Below are positions 50,561 to 63,868 of a DNA stretch of 63,868 nt, piece by piece; positions within the stretch are counted from its first letter, which is position 1; each line of letters opens with the position of its first letter. The notes beneath the pieces are model-generated. The model was given only the letters and a program-made list of their open reading frames with translations, ran no database searches and was not told the origin of the DNA. The DNA is from Felis catus (Eukaryota): the NCBI RefSeq assembly GCF_018350175.1, contig NC_058370.1:72292001-72355868 (forward strand), given 5' to 3'. Both the position numbers and the translations under genes were made by a program.

Positions 50561-51199
50561 TAAGGCATTCATTTTTAGAACAAAGACGATTCTCTCCTTG
50601 AAATTTGATGCCACCTAAGGGCCAACAGTAGGCTGATGTGCATGAGCCTCCTATCCCACACACAAAAATTTGAAGGGACATCAAAAAATTCTGATTCAAG
50701 ATATGTAAATTTTTAATGTGGCATTTTTTAATATGAAATGAATACTATGAAAATATTAAAAAAATAAATAAATAAAATGAATGCCAAAAAAGTATGCTGA
50801 ACAAAATATCAAAACATTAAATAAAGATAGGCTGTTGTTGTTTGTTTACTACTCTGTGTCCTTTACCAATGGAAACACTAGCTCCCCATCAGCCCAAACT
50901 TCCCAGGCAGTGGGGCCATCGGGTCCCCACCCACCGAGTCTATGAGTCTTAACAATGGTGTGAGAACAGATTGGACAACACAGGGGTTTTATATACATTT
51001 TTTTTTCAACGTGGAGGTGTATTAACTAACTTGTTCCACTTGTTTCAAAATATGAGAGGATATTTTGATCAGTGTATCTGAAGGCATACATCTATCCTTT
51101 TGTCTCAGGCTCCCATACGGCTGGCAGGCTATGCCACTAGGGCTACAGTTAAGGCAGCAGTGCTGCTCACCTTGTATGAAAGCACAGAGGAGGGAGGCA

Positions 51200-51400
51200 G
51201 CAGGACATAGTGGGTAAGAAGTCTGAGTCAAACAGACCTGGCTGGGGCCCAGCTCCTCAACCACCCACTTGGGTGAGCGGGTTATCCATCTTCTCTCAGG
51301 GTCGTTGTCCTCCACTGGAGCACACAGGCCTTAACAGTGCCTGCTTCCCAGATCGTCTGAGGATTAGATAAAATATTGATCGCCAAGTGTCCAATAAATG
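51200..51400 (+). mobile_element. MIR SINE
   Basis: 'catagtgggtaagaagtctgagtcaaacagacctgg..cccagctcc..gaggattagataa'. Confidence 0.55.
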
Positions 51401-51614
51401 TCTTCTGTGTGTTATATAATATCTGTGACAGGCAAATAAGTTAATTGTGTTTCAATGATGTATCTCCCAATCCAATGATTGCCCGTTCAATTGATGATGT
51501 TGTTTGAGGGGGATCCTCTCAGCATATAAAAAAAATTGTATATTAGTCATAAATGGTACTCTTACTTATTCTTTCTCTCCACAAGATTCTTACTGGTCTT
51601 TTAAAGTCCATTTT

Positions 51615-51833
51615 GGGGGCTCTGCTAGTTAAGTGTCCGACGGCGGCTCAGGTCATGATCTCACAGTCCGTGAGCCACGCTGATCTGACAGTCTGTCAGC
51701 TGTCACAGTTTGTCAGGTGTGCTGACAGCTCAGATCCTGGATCCTGCTTCGGATTCTGTGTCTCCCTCTCTCTCTGCCCCTCCCCTGCTTGTGCTCTGTC
51801 TCTGTCTCTCTCAAAAATAAACATTAAAAAAAA
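51615..51833 (+). mobile_element. CAN-SINE with an internally scrambled B-box region
   Basis: SINEC head and tail are normal. 51675-51717 is replaced by tgacag/ctgtca repeats. Confidence 0.9.
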
Positions 51834-54494
51834 TCTTTTAAAGGCCACTTTGATGGACTGAGCAAACCCAATCCAAGACTGCAAAGTAAGAGACGCTAAG
51901 TGGGGAAGTATCAACATATACGCAAATCACCTGCTTGCCTAATAGAAACAATCGTTTACTGTATATCTACCATGTGCCTTATGTGAGGTGTTTAACAAAC
52001 TCTAACCTTACACCAACCAAACCAAGTTTTATAACTGACAGAAGGAAGCCCAGAGAGGTGAAGTAAGGTACCAGCATAATAATATCACTAATAATGGTAG
52101 AATGAAGATTTGATCATCGCTTTTCATTGGCTTATTCATGCATTAGGAACACTTCTTCTCTTACATAATCCTCTCTTTTCTCGGGGATTACCATCAAAAA
52201 GGGGTGAAAACAATTACGTGGTCATGGTTCTCAGAGGCTGAAGTGCACTTGTACCACTGCAAGTATCCAGGTGTATTTCCTCTCTGGTGAAATTTTCTAA
52301 CTACAAGAGCCAACCTCAGGATCAAACCTTTGAATAAAACAACTGAATCGTTGCTAAGAGAGAGTAGATGAAACTTCCTTTATGTTCGCCAAATAGGTTT
52401 CAAAGCAACAAAGATCACACCTTTTCAACAAGCCCTGAGAAATTTAGGGCTGCTAATGGAAGCTCATCAGGAAGAAAAATAAGCTGGGAAAAATATCTTT
52501 TATCATTGTCTCAAAATAGGAAGGAGGCTAGAGACACATGCCAATGACAATATGTGAATAAACTCACTATAAATTCATTTGCAAACCAGGAGGTTTGAGC
52601 AGTAGGGGCTGTGGATGGCCCAGATGTTGCCTCATTCTTTTTCTGCCACTCAATCTACTCGGAGCTTTTCTTTTTTTTCCTTTTAATGCTCTAACACTGA
52701 TGATATTGTTTAAAATCGGCCTGGGACTAGAGACAAAAATGCAGATGCAGTTATAGAAGCATGAACAGCTGAAGCATGAAACTAATAAAATCAAGAAAAG
52801 TAATAGAAAAATCCTAGAGGCTGGCTTACAAAAAGAAGAGGAGGAAGAATAAGAAGAAGACGACAATGCTGAATCAGAATCTTTACTGCCGAGTAAATTA
52901 AGTGGAAGGACCATTGCTGGAGAAGAAATAATTATTCACATCAACATTAGCAGGGACATGGGTTAGCTGTGGGTAGCATATCTTTCCTTTAAGTCACCAG
53001 GACAGAGCAAGGAAAGGGCATGCTGCTTTGCCGTGACAGTCTTCATTTTTTTCCCACCATCCCTGTGGTGTGGTCAGAGAGATTTCTAGAACCCAGTGCC
53101 AAGTCTGAGATCAGATTTGGAACAGAATTCTTGCTACCTTCTGAGATGCCACAAACCCAGCTGGAACCCTGAGCCTCTGAGACAGTGCCACATTCTGTTT
53201 GCTATGAGTTACATTCTCAACGCCTTCCAAGGCCGCTGGCCAAGGCCATTCACAGAGAAGGGAGGCATCCTCACCAAGGCTGAGATGAGGATGTGTTAGA
53301 AAATGCCAGACAGGGTATATACCATTCTTCCCTCCTATGGACAGGAAACAACAAAAACAACAACAAAAAGGCAGAACAAAAGAGCAGTCAGAGGTTAACT
53401 TGCATTCCCGGCAAAGTTCTAAGACGTGAGACCATCAGGCAGCAAAATGGGCCCACCAGGCATCAATAACGTGGTGAGAAGGAGGCACCAGGAGAAGTGA
53501 AGCAAAGGCAGTTCCCATGGCTTTATGTGCAGATTCCAGAAGCTACTGCCAGAACATGGAGTCCAGAGTCACGGGTGAGTGCCCTGTGTAAATAAATTCT
53601 CCCCAGGCAGCCCCCCGCCATCAGATACCTATGGGATCTCCTCCTACATGGGTTCCTCCAACCCCTGCAATACCTTGGGCATCTGAGCTATTTCCTCCCC
53701 ACTTTAGGCTGTACTGAGACCTTTTCCTTTGTTTATCAGCTTGACTGTAACAGGAGTGGAAAGGACAGATCTTGAGAATGAGCATCAGCTTTCAAGGATG
53801 TGCCTCAGCTGAGGTCATTGCACAGTCTGCTGGGGGCTGCCACTGCTATCCAGGTGGTTCGGGGGAACCTGGGGATTTATTGTTCTTGGCGCATCCACCA
53901 AATGTCCCCCTCCCAACCTTCAGGGTCCTTATCAGGGCCTTGACTCTGACAAAGAGACCTGCCAGGGCTCTTCATTTAGCCTCGTTAGATCCTTGGAATT
54001 CCACATGCCTTCCCAGAAGCTGGAGGAGATGACAGTCTCCTTCAGGGCTGTCATAGAGACCTTCTGATGACAAAGCATGTTGTGAGTTGGAAGGTGATCG
54101 TACTAGCCTATTATTGTCCTTTTTTTTTTAAGGCTTACAATGCAGTTAACAGAAGCCATAGCATTCTACCATCCTCATCACTGCCATGCCCCCCCTATTA
54201 CTCAATCAACACAGTTCCACACGACCCAGGGCTTCCCCTTCCACCTGCACAGAATCCCAAAGTGAGAGGAAGCCTGAATATTGCTGCATGTTGGAGCAAT
54301 CACCACCTCCCTTACCACGAACAATGGCATCCTTAGTGCCACCAGACTGCCGCATAATCCTGCTGAAGGGATGCTTCCCTCGGGTTTATATTCTGCACAT
54401 TCCTCCCCACACAAAACATTCACAAGATCCCTCCTGCACCTGTTCTCTTAGGTCCTGAATTCCTTTGGCACATAGGCTATTTCTTCCTAGAACA

Positions 54495-54960
54495 GAGACT
54501 CAGCCTGGGTTCCCCCAGAAAGCAGAGCCTGAGCCAGAGGACTTGTAAACTAGCATTCAATTACAGGGTAAGGGTCCAAGGGAGCAGGAGTGAGGAATAA
54601 GCCAAGGGAAGCACAGAACAACTAAGCTGCCGATATGCATCATTCACCCGGCCCCCACCAAGTGTGACTGATTGCTTGATTTGCAACACTGCATCCCTGT
54701 GAAGTTGTATAAGTACCATTTCAGTATCATCCCACGTGGGGACAGATAAAGAATGTATCCACTGGCTCCCAGGCCCATTTGTTAAAAGTTCACTACTTGT
54801 GTGTTGCGGAGAAGTGAGCATGGGTGCCACTGCAGTGTTCAAGTAGAAAGCCCTGGAGGGGAGCAAGTTGCTTTCAGGTGGTACCTGGGTAAAGTCACTC
54901 AGGGCCCCACACAGCTAGAGCAAGAGACAGGTGAGACTGAGAAAATATGAGCAGGTGCAT
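54495..54960 (-). mobile_element. ERVL LTR (LTR16/LTR33-like), degenerate
   Basis: 'gggttcccccagaaagcagagcctgag..aggacttg..agggagcaggagtgagg'. Confidence 0.55.
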
Positions 54961-55504
54961 AAGAGGGGTGTAATGCAATGGGTTTTCTAAGCTTTGAAAA
55001 AAAACAAATAGGCAACTTAACACCTAATGGTTCCAAGTGTACCACCTGTAACTTCTGGGTAATAATAAAACCAGAGCTAAAAGTCAATGGCACACGAAGA
55101 GAGAGAAACTCAAGTGTTCATAACCATGCAGAAAAGAACCAGTCTTCTTTTGGGTACACCAGCAAAATTTAAAATATAAATTTCTCAGTTGCATGTGAAA
55201 TAGCCCTTTTTATGTGCCTATCCCGTGCCCCACGGTAAGTGTTTATCAACACTATATATCAAGAGATATATTTGCCTTATATCCATAAAGGACATTTGAC
55301 ACTTCCTTTATTCACTTTGACGCGGCATTGAGTTCTTAAATAAAACACACTGCACAGTTTGGAGGGTGCTGTAGTTTTCTGTTGCATTTGTGGGACGGCA
55401 CCTAAAGGCAAACATGGTGAAACAGAGGAAGAAATGTCGCATGGCAGTCTCACAATGCACTCATCCCTGCCTCAAGCCACCTCTCTAAAATGAGTAATTG
55501 TGGA

Positions 55505-56488
55505 GACCAGCTCACAGGCCAAATCTTGCCACACCTATTTTGTAAATAAAATGCTGCTAGAGCAGAGCCACACTCTTTGACTTGAGTATTTTCTGTGGCT
55601 GTTTCCTCACCACAACAGCAGAGTTGAGTGGTTGTGACAGAGACCATATGGCCCACAGAGGCTAAAACATTTACCACCTGCCAAAATGAANNNNNNNNNN
55701 NNNNNNNNNNNNNNNNNNNNNNNNNNNNNNNNNNNNNNNNNNNNNNNNNNNNNNNNNNNNNNNNNNNNNNNNNNNNNNNNNNNNNNNNNNNNNNNNNNNN
55801 NNNNNNNNNNNNNNNNNNNNNNNNNNNNNNNNNNNNCAGCAATAGCACTGCTAGGAATTTACCCAAGGGATACAGGAGTACTGATGCATAGGGGCACTTG
55901 TACCCCAATGTTTATAGCAGCACTCTCAACAATAGCCAAATTATGGAAAGAGCCTAAATGTCCATCAACTGATGAATGGATAAAGAAATTGTGGTTTATA
56001 TACACAATGGAGTACTACGTGGCAATGAAAAAAAATGAAATATGGCCCTTTGTAGCAACGTGGATGAAACTGGAGAGTGTGATGCTAAGTGAAATAAGCC
56101 ATACAGAGAAAGACAGATACCATATGGTTTCACTCTTATGTGGATCCTGAGAAACTTAACAGAAACCCATGGGGGAGAGGAAGGAAAAAAAAAAGGAGGT
56201 TAGAGTGGGAGAGAGCCAAAGCATAAGAGACTCTTAAAAATTGAGAACAAACTGAGGGTTGATGGGGGGGGGGGGTGGGAGGGAGGGCAGGGTGGGTGAT
56301 GGGTATTGAGGAGGGCACCTTTTGGGATGAGCACTGGGTGTTGTATGGAAACCAATTTGATACTAAACTTCATTTAAAAAATAATAAAATAAAATAAAAT
56401 AAAATAAAATAAAATAAAATAAAATAAAATAAAATAAAATGAAATAATTTACCACCTGGCCTTCACAGGAAAAGTTTGCTGACCCCTG
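55505..56488. mobile_element. MER58A-like hAT-Charlie MITE split by an L1
   Basis: 'aggccaaatc..tttgtaaataaaa..cagagttgagtggttgtgacagagaccatatggccc..aaaacatttacc' resumes at 56459 'gccttcacaggaaaagtttgctgacccctg'. Confidence 0.85.
55681..56446 (+). mobile_element. Felid-type L1, 5'-truncated, (TAAAA)n tail
   Basis: ORF 55686..56150 '[58 protein letters not shown]' is an uninterrupted ORF2p C-terminus. TSD atttaccacctg (55669-55680, 56447-56458). Confidence 0.95.
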
Positions 56489-58728
56489 GCCTCGACTGAA
56501 GACCAGATCCTTCCTCTTACAAGTAGGATCTCCCACTTAGCAGTAAGCTAAGGCTGGTATGATCCCTCAGCCAAGAACAAGAAAATCCCATGTCTTAATC
56601 ACCATGTTCGGTCACCAGAGATTCATGCAAGGAAAACAAACACAAAGGAGACATGGTGCCTCCCTTCCTTTTACTAAGAACACAATCCTCTGATTCTTTT
56701 GTCCAAACTCATGTTTAAAAACTGCTCCACATGTCCAGCCCTGACTAAACTCAGGCTGTCCCCAGGCAATCCCAGGAATTGTGATGATGAAAAGTAGGTG
56801 CTGAGGAGGAAAAAGGATTCTCTTTTTAACAGGCTGGGTAAATAACTGTTCTCATGCTGCATCTGACAAAAAGTTCAAGAACCCGTATGTTTATGTCCCT
56901 CTGTGAAGGTGGGCCCAACTCTTACTTCCTCCCTGGGTGTAATGTAGGTGCTCTGAGATAAACCAGTTTCTTCAAGGCATCTCATTAGCGCTTCTCAATA
57001 AATAATGTTCTTCTACATTCGTAAGTGACTCCAACTCAACTTCTACAAGAAGAAAAGCAAGTTAGCCCAAAACATGCTTTTTGGCAAAGAACAAAATATA
57101 AGGAGATGTAATTCTGCCAGAGGCAAAATCCCAGAATTTTAATTGGTTGACTCATTGACAGGTGTAATAACCACATAACTTACTAAACTATTAAGGAAAT
57201 ACAGAAGAATTCTGCCATTTTTACGTATCAGCTGCATCATAGGCCAAATTGCATCCCCACAAACATGATAATAGATAGAAAAATCCTGCTCACTAGGGCA
57301 TAGTGATGGCATTCTTACTGGTTTCTCTGCTTTTTATTTTCTTCCTTTCCAATTCCCCATACATTTCCACTGTGTTATGTTTCTAAAAGTTACATTGGAG
57401 TATTGGAATTCCCCTGCTTTAAAATTTTGCAACAGCTCCCTCCTTGTTACCTCTGGAGACAGTCCAAGCTCCTTAGCAAATGAGGCTCTCCACAGTAAGA
57501 TGCAAACCTGAGCCACCAGCCCCATCTCTATCGTTTCAAACGTGGCCTTTGCACTGGGTGGACGTCACAGTGTTCTTTCCTTGGTCCACACACATGGTAA
57601 ATACATGCTCCTGGACAGGTCACCAGTCCACACAGCTAGTGCTCTACCCATAAAGCATGGAGGGAAGTCTGATGCTGTAAATGGACTGTTCAAAGACATG
57701 ATGTGTCTCATCTCTCAGTCAGTGCTCCAAAAGCCCCAGAGGACTAGACTCAAGAAGCAAGCCCAGTATTGCCCTCAAGCTACTGCTAGGTCACACACAG
57801 TCCTTCAAGTGACCTCCCTGCTGTGACTGACAGGACCCTCATTCACTTGCTCTATACCCACCTATTTCCATTGAGAACATAGTCTGATGGATCTTGGTCT
57901 TAGTCTATCTCCATCTCTCTCTGGCTAGATAGGTAAATAGGTAGATACATACATACATACAATCATAAATACATACATACAGATATCTCATCCAGGGAGG
58001 CAGCTCAGAGTTCCAGAGGATCTGCAGGGTATTCAACAAGATTCATTTATTCATTCAACAAATATTTTGAAGCACTTACTATGTATCAGACCCTGTACTG
58101 ATGAGTGTACGAGTATTCACAACTGCATATACACTATGGATGTGCACAGTGAATGAATTCATGCCTTCAGGAAGTTCACAGTCCTCTGATTAGCACCCCC
58201 TGCCATTTTCAACATCTGTGCTGTTTTCCCAGTTTTCCTATGTGCCCTGGGAGTCACAGGACAAACCCCCAAATATCCAATGTCTAAAGATCTCCAAGCC
58301 ATCTTGTGGTACGTGGACTGGTAAAAAATGAGGAGGGTTTGTTGGACTAAAGGCCCCATGAGGCCAGTTCCATCCTGCATTAAGCACAGAGCCGCAGGGC
58401 AATTAGGCTCAAGTCCAAAATAATACCGTCCAAATTTTTTGACACAAATGTTATCTTGCCACTCATATCTCAGGAGAAATTGCAGCAAGGATCATGCACC
58501 TGCTACTCTCAGTGGCTCCTCATTTGAGAGGTTCATAAACTGGGGCACATGACCAGGATTCATAAGCAGAAAAGACTATCAACTCTCCCTACATGCACTG
58601 GTCATCTAACTTACCCTATGGGTAATTGCAATGGCCCTCAATCTTAGATACCCACCTGGAGTTTTTCCTTTACCAATTAAATACAAACTAAACTCTGGTA
58701 CTAACCCTGCTTTTAAAATGCTTGTTAT

Positions 58729-58831
58729 GGGGCACCTGGGTGGCTCAGTCAGTTAAGTATCCAACTCTTGATTTCAGTTCAAGTCATCGAAACCCACATC
58801 GGGTGCTGGGCTGATGGTGTGGAGCCTGCTT

Positions 58832-58884
<53 letters not shown>

Positions 58885-58934
58885 CCTCTCTGCCTCTCTC
58901 ACATGCTCTCAAAAATAAACTCTTTTAAAAAAAT
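58729..58934 (+). mobile_element. CAN-SINE with long (CT)n
   Basis: 'ggggcacctgggtggctcagtcagttaag..' with (ct)n at ~58835-58881. Confidence 0.92.
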
Positions 58935-60744
58935 TCTAGCTGGATCATGCATTCTTCCTACCCAGAGCCTTCAAAGGCTCCCCGATGCCTTCTGCCCAAA
59001 TGCCTCACTCCAGTGTTTAAGGCCTCCATAACCTGGCCCCTAACTTAGCTGCCTGGTACAGACCCCCTGTGTTCATCCCATTACTTAACAATCCATGTCC
59101 ATTCGCATGGTGAGCCTTTTAAGATACCCTTTCCTTTTCTTGCCATTCACCAAAATTCCCTAATTCACTTAAAAAGTATCCCAAGTGCCAGTGTCAAAGG
59201 GCCTTCCCTACACATTCCAACCAATATAAAGTGATTTTTCCTCCCAAGAGCACAGTTTTGCTATTGGTGCCACTCATTTCAGACTACCATCCTATTGGTC
59301 AGCTTTTCATGTTTATTTGTCTTATCTCCTAACACCATTGCAAGATTCTTTTGAATGCAGAAACCATGTATTATCATTTTCATACTTACTATCTACAATG
59401 ATACCCTGTTGGCAGGCTTAAGAAAAAGGGAAGACCTATATTTCTCATAGAAAGAATGTCTAAAAATCCAGACTGTTCCTAATGGAGATGATGGGGTCTG
59501 AGTTCACATAGAGCTTCCTTGGGCAACTCTGCTGTCTACTTTTTCTAGAACTCCTGACTCAGAACATAGAGGACAAAATCCAAGTGCCAACTTCCTCCTA
59601 ATGGTCCACATGGCAAAGAGCCTGAGTTTTGGGATGCACCCCTTAATTCTAGATTTCTACCACTCAGTGAAGTCAGATCTCTTGCTCATATTCATGTAAG
59701 AAAGGAGATGTAGGTTAAAGTAAGCATATCGAATTATGTGTGTATACAAGTACACTTCCCTCTGCATAAAGTGACACACACCCCCAACACACACACTCCT
59801 TTACTGGAATCTCCACCATACTTGAATCTTAGCATAGAAGACTACTTCATAGGATCTTTTCCTTTAATGAAAAAAAAAATTAACCTTTGAACATCAATAT
59901 TTCCCAAAGCCTAGAACCTGATTATGCCTAAACTCCATGAATTATTCATGCTGCTTCAAGTGAGAAAGATCAGATTTAATTATGTTCTGAGGGGGCATCT
60001 TCCCTAGCATTAAGTGGAGAATGTCCTCATTTGTCTACTGAGCTGTTTTAAGAACAGGTTATCATGGGCTTTCTGCAGAACTGTATATGCTAAGAAACAA
60101 AAGAAGGTTCACTGGATCGGCATAAGGGAAATAAATATGAAACCAGAGAGTCTTTTCCATACCCCACGTGGAGCCTGTTTCTATTAAATTCAGGCAAGAA
60201 TGACACCAATACCAACACATGCAAACCCTAATAAATTAGCTGCACCCAATTATTAAGAAGGCAGCCTTAGGTCATAAAAACGATTTTGTGAAATTGATCT
60301 TAAATGAAAAATGTGTAATTACACTTAAAGCAGTTACAGGCTGCTAGTCAATGAAAAATTTATATTTCCCGTGGAGTTGTACTACTTTCTGTGCATATAA
60401 AATTAGTTGGATTGGGAGAATTTATATTACAATCGGAAGTGGTTCAAGAGACAGAAACATTTTTCAATGTACTTTTCTAAATGATCCCACAATCTGGCCA
60501 GCTATGCACCCAATGTGCACGTTACAATTTTATTGCCTTTGGCCAAAAGCTACTGTAAGACCAAGTATTCGGAATTCTAAGCAAGAAACTCACAATATTT
60601 TTTAAAGCCATGAATCCATTTTTTCTATATTCCTTTTGTTATTCTTTCCTTAAGATCAGAAAGACTTAGTTTTTAGTAAGAGCAAAAATAACCTAGGGTA
60701 AAAGAATGCTATGGATGAAAAGTCATGGGATCCATGATGATTCA

Positions 60745-61545
60745 TCCCTTACTTCACCATCTACATCCATCCATCATGAACTTCTATAGGTTCGATCTCC
60801 AAATTTATCTCAAAACCATACATCCCTCTCCATCTCCACTGTTGACATCCTGGCCCAAGCCACCGTGGCACCAACCTCTTGACTGGCCTTTTTGCTTCTG
60901 CTCCTCCAATTCACTCTTTCCACGATAGGCTGAGGGATCCCTTTGAAAATGTAATCAGAGCATACCACAGGTCTGCCTCAGACCTTTCAAAGGCTTCCCA
61001 GTGCCCATTAAATAAAACCCAAACCCTTCTTATGATCTATTAGGTCTTGTTTGATCTGGCCTCTGGCCCCCTCCTTAACATTGCCTCTTTTTTTTAATTT
61101 TTTTTAATGTTTATTTGGTATTGAGAGACAGAGAGACACAGAGTGTGAGAAGGGGAGGAGTAGAGAGAGGGGGAGACACAGAATCTGAAGCAGGCTCCAG
61201 GCTCTGAGCTGTCAGCACAGACCCCAACATGGGGCTTTAACCGACCAACTACGAGATCATGACCTGAACCAAAGTTGGTCACCTAACCAACTGAGCCACC
61301 AAGGCGCCCCTTAACATTGCCTCTTTTAATTCTTGCCCTCCCTCACAGTGGACCATCACACTGGTTTCCTTTCCTTTCCTGAAGCTCTTCTACCTCCTGG
61401 GCCTTGTGCTTACCTTGATGCTTTTCTTCTGGAATCCTCCCTGCTTGACTTATGATAGCTCAGTCTCTCACTTATTTCCTGTAGAGTCATCATTTTATTA
61501 ACTTATTTAGTTCTTGTGGTCTGTTTTAGCCTTCAGTGAATGCAA
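60745..61545 (+). mobile_element. L2 fragment (interrupted by a SINE)
   Basis: L2-like 'catccctctccatctccactg..tggcccaagccacc', 'ttcaaaggcttcccagtgccc..aataaaacccaaaccc'. A similar fragment lies at ~58940-59400. Confidence 0.6.
61088..61310 (-). mobile_element. CAN-SINE (feliform)
   Basis: Reverse SINEC body. TSD 'ttaacattgcctctttt'. Confidence 0.95.
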
Positions 61546-62063
61546 AACTATTGAGTGAACAAAATAACATATTTAAGAAACAGTAAATTCATGAAGAAAT
61601 ACTTGCATACATAAGCAAATAGCTTAAGGGAAGTTCAGATTTAAGCTTACAATTGCCTGCTAAAATAGAACTAGACCCTTTCAGGGCTATAGTTTCTACT
61701 TTTTAATTGCACTAAAAATTACACTGTGTTAGCAATTTTTCGTTTATCTGCTTAAAGATACTACTAAAGAAGAAGTTCATGCTACTAATCAACATATGCA
61801 ATTTTTTGGCCTTTTTTTTATATTGAGCATTTCAAAATTTAAGTTTACACATTAATTTCACCAAAGATAGCCACTTAAAAGGCTAATCTGTCTTGTCTTT
61901 TGGTCACCCTTTGGTAATTTTGTATGACTTGCCTCAAATAGTCCCACTAGATAAATATTAAACATTATTTCCAATACTAGAGGATGGAATCAAGTAGTCT
62001 ACCCACAACACCCGCCAACAAATCATACACAGGTTTGCTGTCCTTAGAAATTGAGGAGATGCA

Positions 62064-62218
62064 TATGGCACAGTTGGTTAAGCATCTGACTCTTGATCTT
62101 AGCTCAGGTCATGATCTCACAGTTTATGAGTTCAAGCCCTACATTGGGCTCTGTGCTGATGCATTGAAGCCTGCTTGAGATTCTGTCTCTCCTTATCTCC
62201 ACCCCTCCCCCGCTTGTG

Positions 62219-62277
<59 letters not shown>

Positions 62278-62321
62278 TCCCTCCCTCAAAATGAATAAAT
62301 AAATTTAAAAAATATATTTTA
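62064..62321 (+). mobile_element. CAN-SINE, slightly 5'-truncated
   Basis: SINEC body with long (CT)n. 18-bp TSD agaaa(t/c)tgaggagatgca. Confidence 0.95.
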
Positions 62322-63796
62322 AAGAAACTGAGGAGATGCAAAGAAATATAAAATAAAGTTGCACCCATAATGGATCGTCCAACCTATCCTTGAGAAAAAA
62401 CAAAGATGGAAGGAGGATGGATGAAAGAAAGAGTAAGGACTTGAGGTGAAGTCATCCTGAAGGGGGTGAGGGCAGGGCAGCCCTGAGATGCCTCTATAGG
62501 ATGGAAAGACTGCAGATAGGAAAGGACAGCAGGAAACATTACAAAAAGGGGAAAAAAGGTGACCACAGGTTCCAAACACATGTACAGAGCAGTGAGTAAC
62601 TTGGTCTGACTGGAGCAGAGTCAAAACTGGGGAGAAATAATAAGTCAAGAGAAGCTCAAGAGTATTTGGGGTCAACAAGTCAGACTGAGCTGGCAGCAGC
62701 TTATGGTGTATTGGCCTATGATACGGAAGAACTAGAGAAGATTTTGACAAAAGAACAAATTCATGGGCGATAAATGCTTCTGTGGTGAGAAACTGGCATT
62801 TGAGGACCTGCATTTACACGGTAGAGGAATATCACTTATTAAATCAGTACTCAGAATATATACCTTTCTAATCTTCAAAGCAACTGAGCATACTATCGTG
62901 CATTCTCTACAAAATCTCTAATTTGAAGAAATAAGGATTGAAAAACCTGGCATGAAGCTTTGTGCAGAATGAAATTGAAAATGTGGCCTGCAGAAAACAG
63001 TAAAATCGTACTGCGGAGGAATGACCATATATGATTGAGTGCTAGAATAAAGAACCATACATATGTGCTTCATCAGTTATCTAACACTTCATGTCCCAGC
63101 ATGACTTGTGATCATGAAGTCTTCCCCCAAAACCCCTGTGAAGCAAGAGTTCTGGATTTCAAATAAGAATAGGGAATTAGGTGACATGTTCAAGTCTACA
63201 AAAACAGTATAAACAAATAATGAGAACAAGAATTTCCTCAATTCTTGCAACTTGCTTCAAACTCTGGACCATTTTGCAAACGTTTGCTCAGATCAGTGGT
63301 AGTTGTTATGTGTGCAGCCACACAGACAAAATGCTGATCGTGTAACCATTAGAACAACTTAGACAAAATAAAGGCTGGGAACATTCACAAGGATGGGAAC
63401 CATAAACCACCTGTTGGATGTAGGCCCGGGGGAAGATTTGTATCTGTTCCATAGCTTGTAACCATGCTATTTAGTATTTTGTAACCAAAATAAATGTGTC
63501 CTTGCTAAATTCTTTGTAATATATCCCCTTAATATATCAAGACTTCACAACTTTAACAGTATCTCCTGTGGAATGTAACCATCAATCTCAAACATACTAA
63601 TTGGTTGTCATGGGAAACTGTATTCAACCTGGTATCTATAAATGCCGTAGAAAATTCCTTCAGTCCTTTGTTAGCAGGAAGAGGCTCAAGTCTCCATGTC
63701 CCACTTGTTTTCCTTTGGGCCTGATTGGATTAAATAAATCAGTGGCTCTAATGCATCATCTTAAAAAAAATGCCATATGAAAAACTTTATTTTTGT

Positions 63797-63799
<3 letters not shown>

Positions 63800-63834
<35 letters not shown>
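63800..63834 (+). repeat. (CA)n microsatellite
   Basis: About 17 CA units. Confidence 0.95.
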
Positions 63835-63836
<2 letters not shown>

Positions 63837-63868
63837 TCCAGACATCAGAACAGAGGGTCACAGAACAG

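Noticed and set aside
55188-55240. Isolated splice-like sites (CACG|gtaagt here; also ~18552, ~27559, ~45172)
   Set aside because: No convincing paired site with an open, recognisable frame. This frequency is expected by chance.
56385-56440. CRISPR-like or satellite array
   Set aside because: Simple (TAAAA)n derived from the L1 tail, with no spacers, in a eukaryotic context.
1-63868. The many 60-220 aa ORFs in the track as genes or as a novel multi-gene system
   Set aside because: They map to SINE, L1 or MLT1 sequence, N blocks or low-complexity DNA. I recognise no domain other than L1 ORF2p and RPL17, and no consistent exon chain.

Overview
Mammalian, repeat-dominated non-coding DNA, intergenic or deep intronic. 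It is almost certainly from a feliform carnivore (cat family or a close relative), judging by about 20 tRNA-Lys-derived CAN-SINEs carrying the feliform-type 'ctctgtgctgacagctcagagcctggagcc' core and by carnivore L1 3' ends. I can support no intact protein-coding gene. The one recognisable gene-derived sequence is a decayed RPL17 processed pseudogene (minus strand, ~31.07-31.68 kb). The rest is L1 fragments, CAN-SINEs, MIR/L2, MaLR (MLT1) and ERV solo LTRs, hAT DNA-transposon fossils and microsatellites, often nested with readable target-site duplications (TSDs). The most striking structure is an indel-free 1,024-bp inverted duplication (3811-4834 vs 6138-7161) that splits an LTR-like element and even repeats a 135-N block. 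It is either a very recent templated inverted insertion or an assembly artefact. The N blocks appear to be true-length masks rather than estimated gaps. Several small repair or retrotransposition scars with templated filler DNA are visible. I found no evidence for a new multi-gene biological system. Repeat subfamily names are recalled by eye from consensus motifs and need RepeatMasker/Dfam confirmation, and boundaries of old repeats are approximate.
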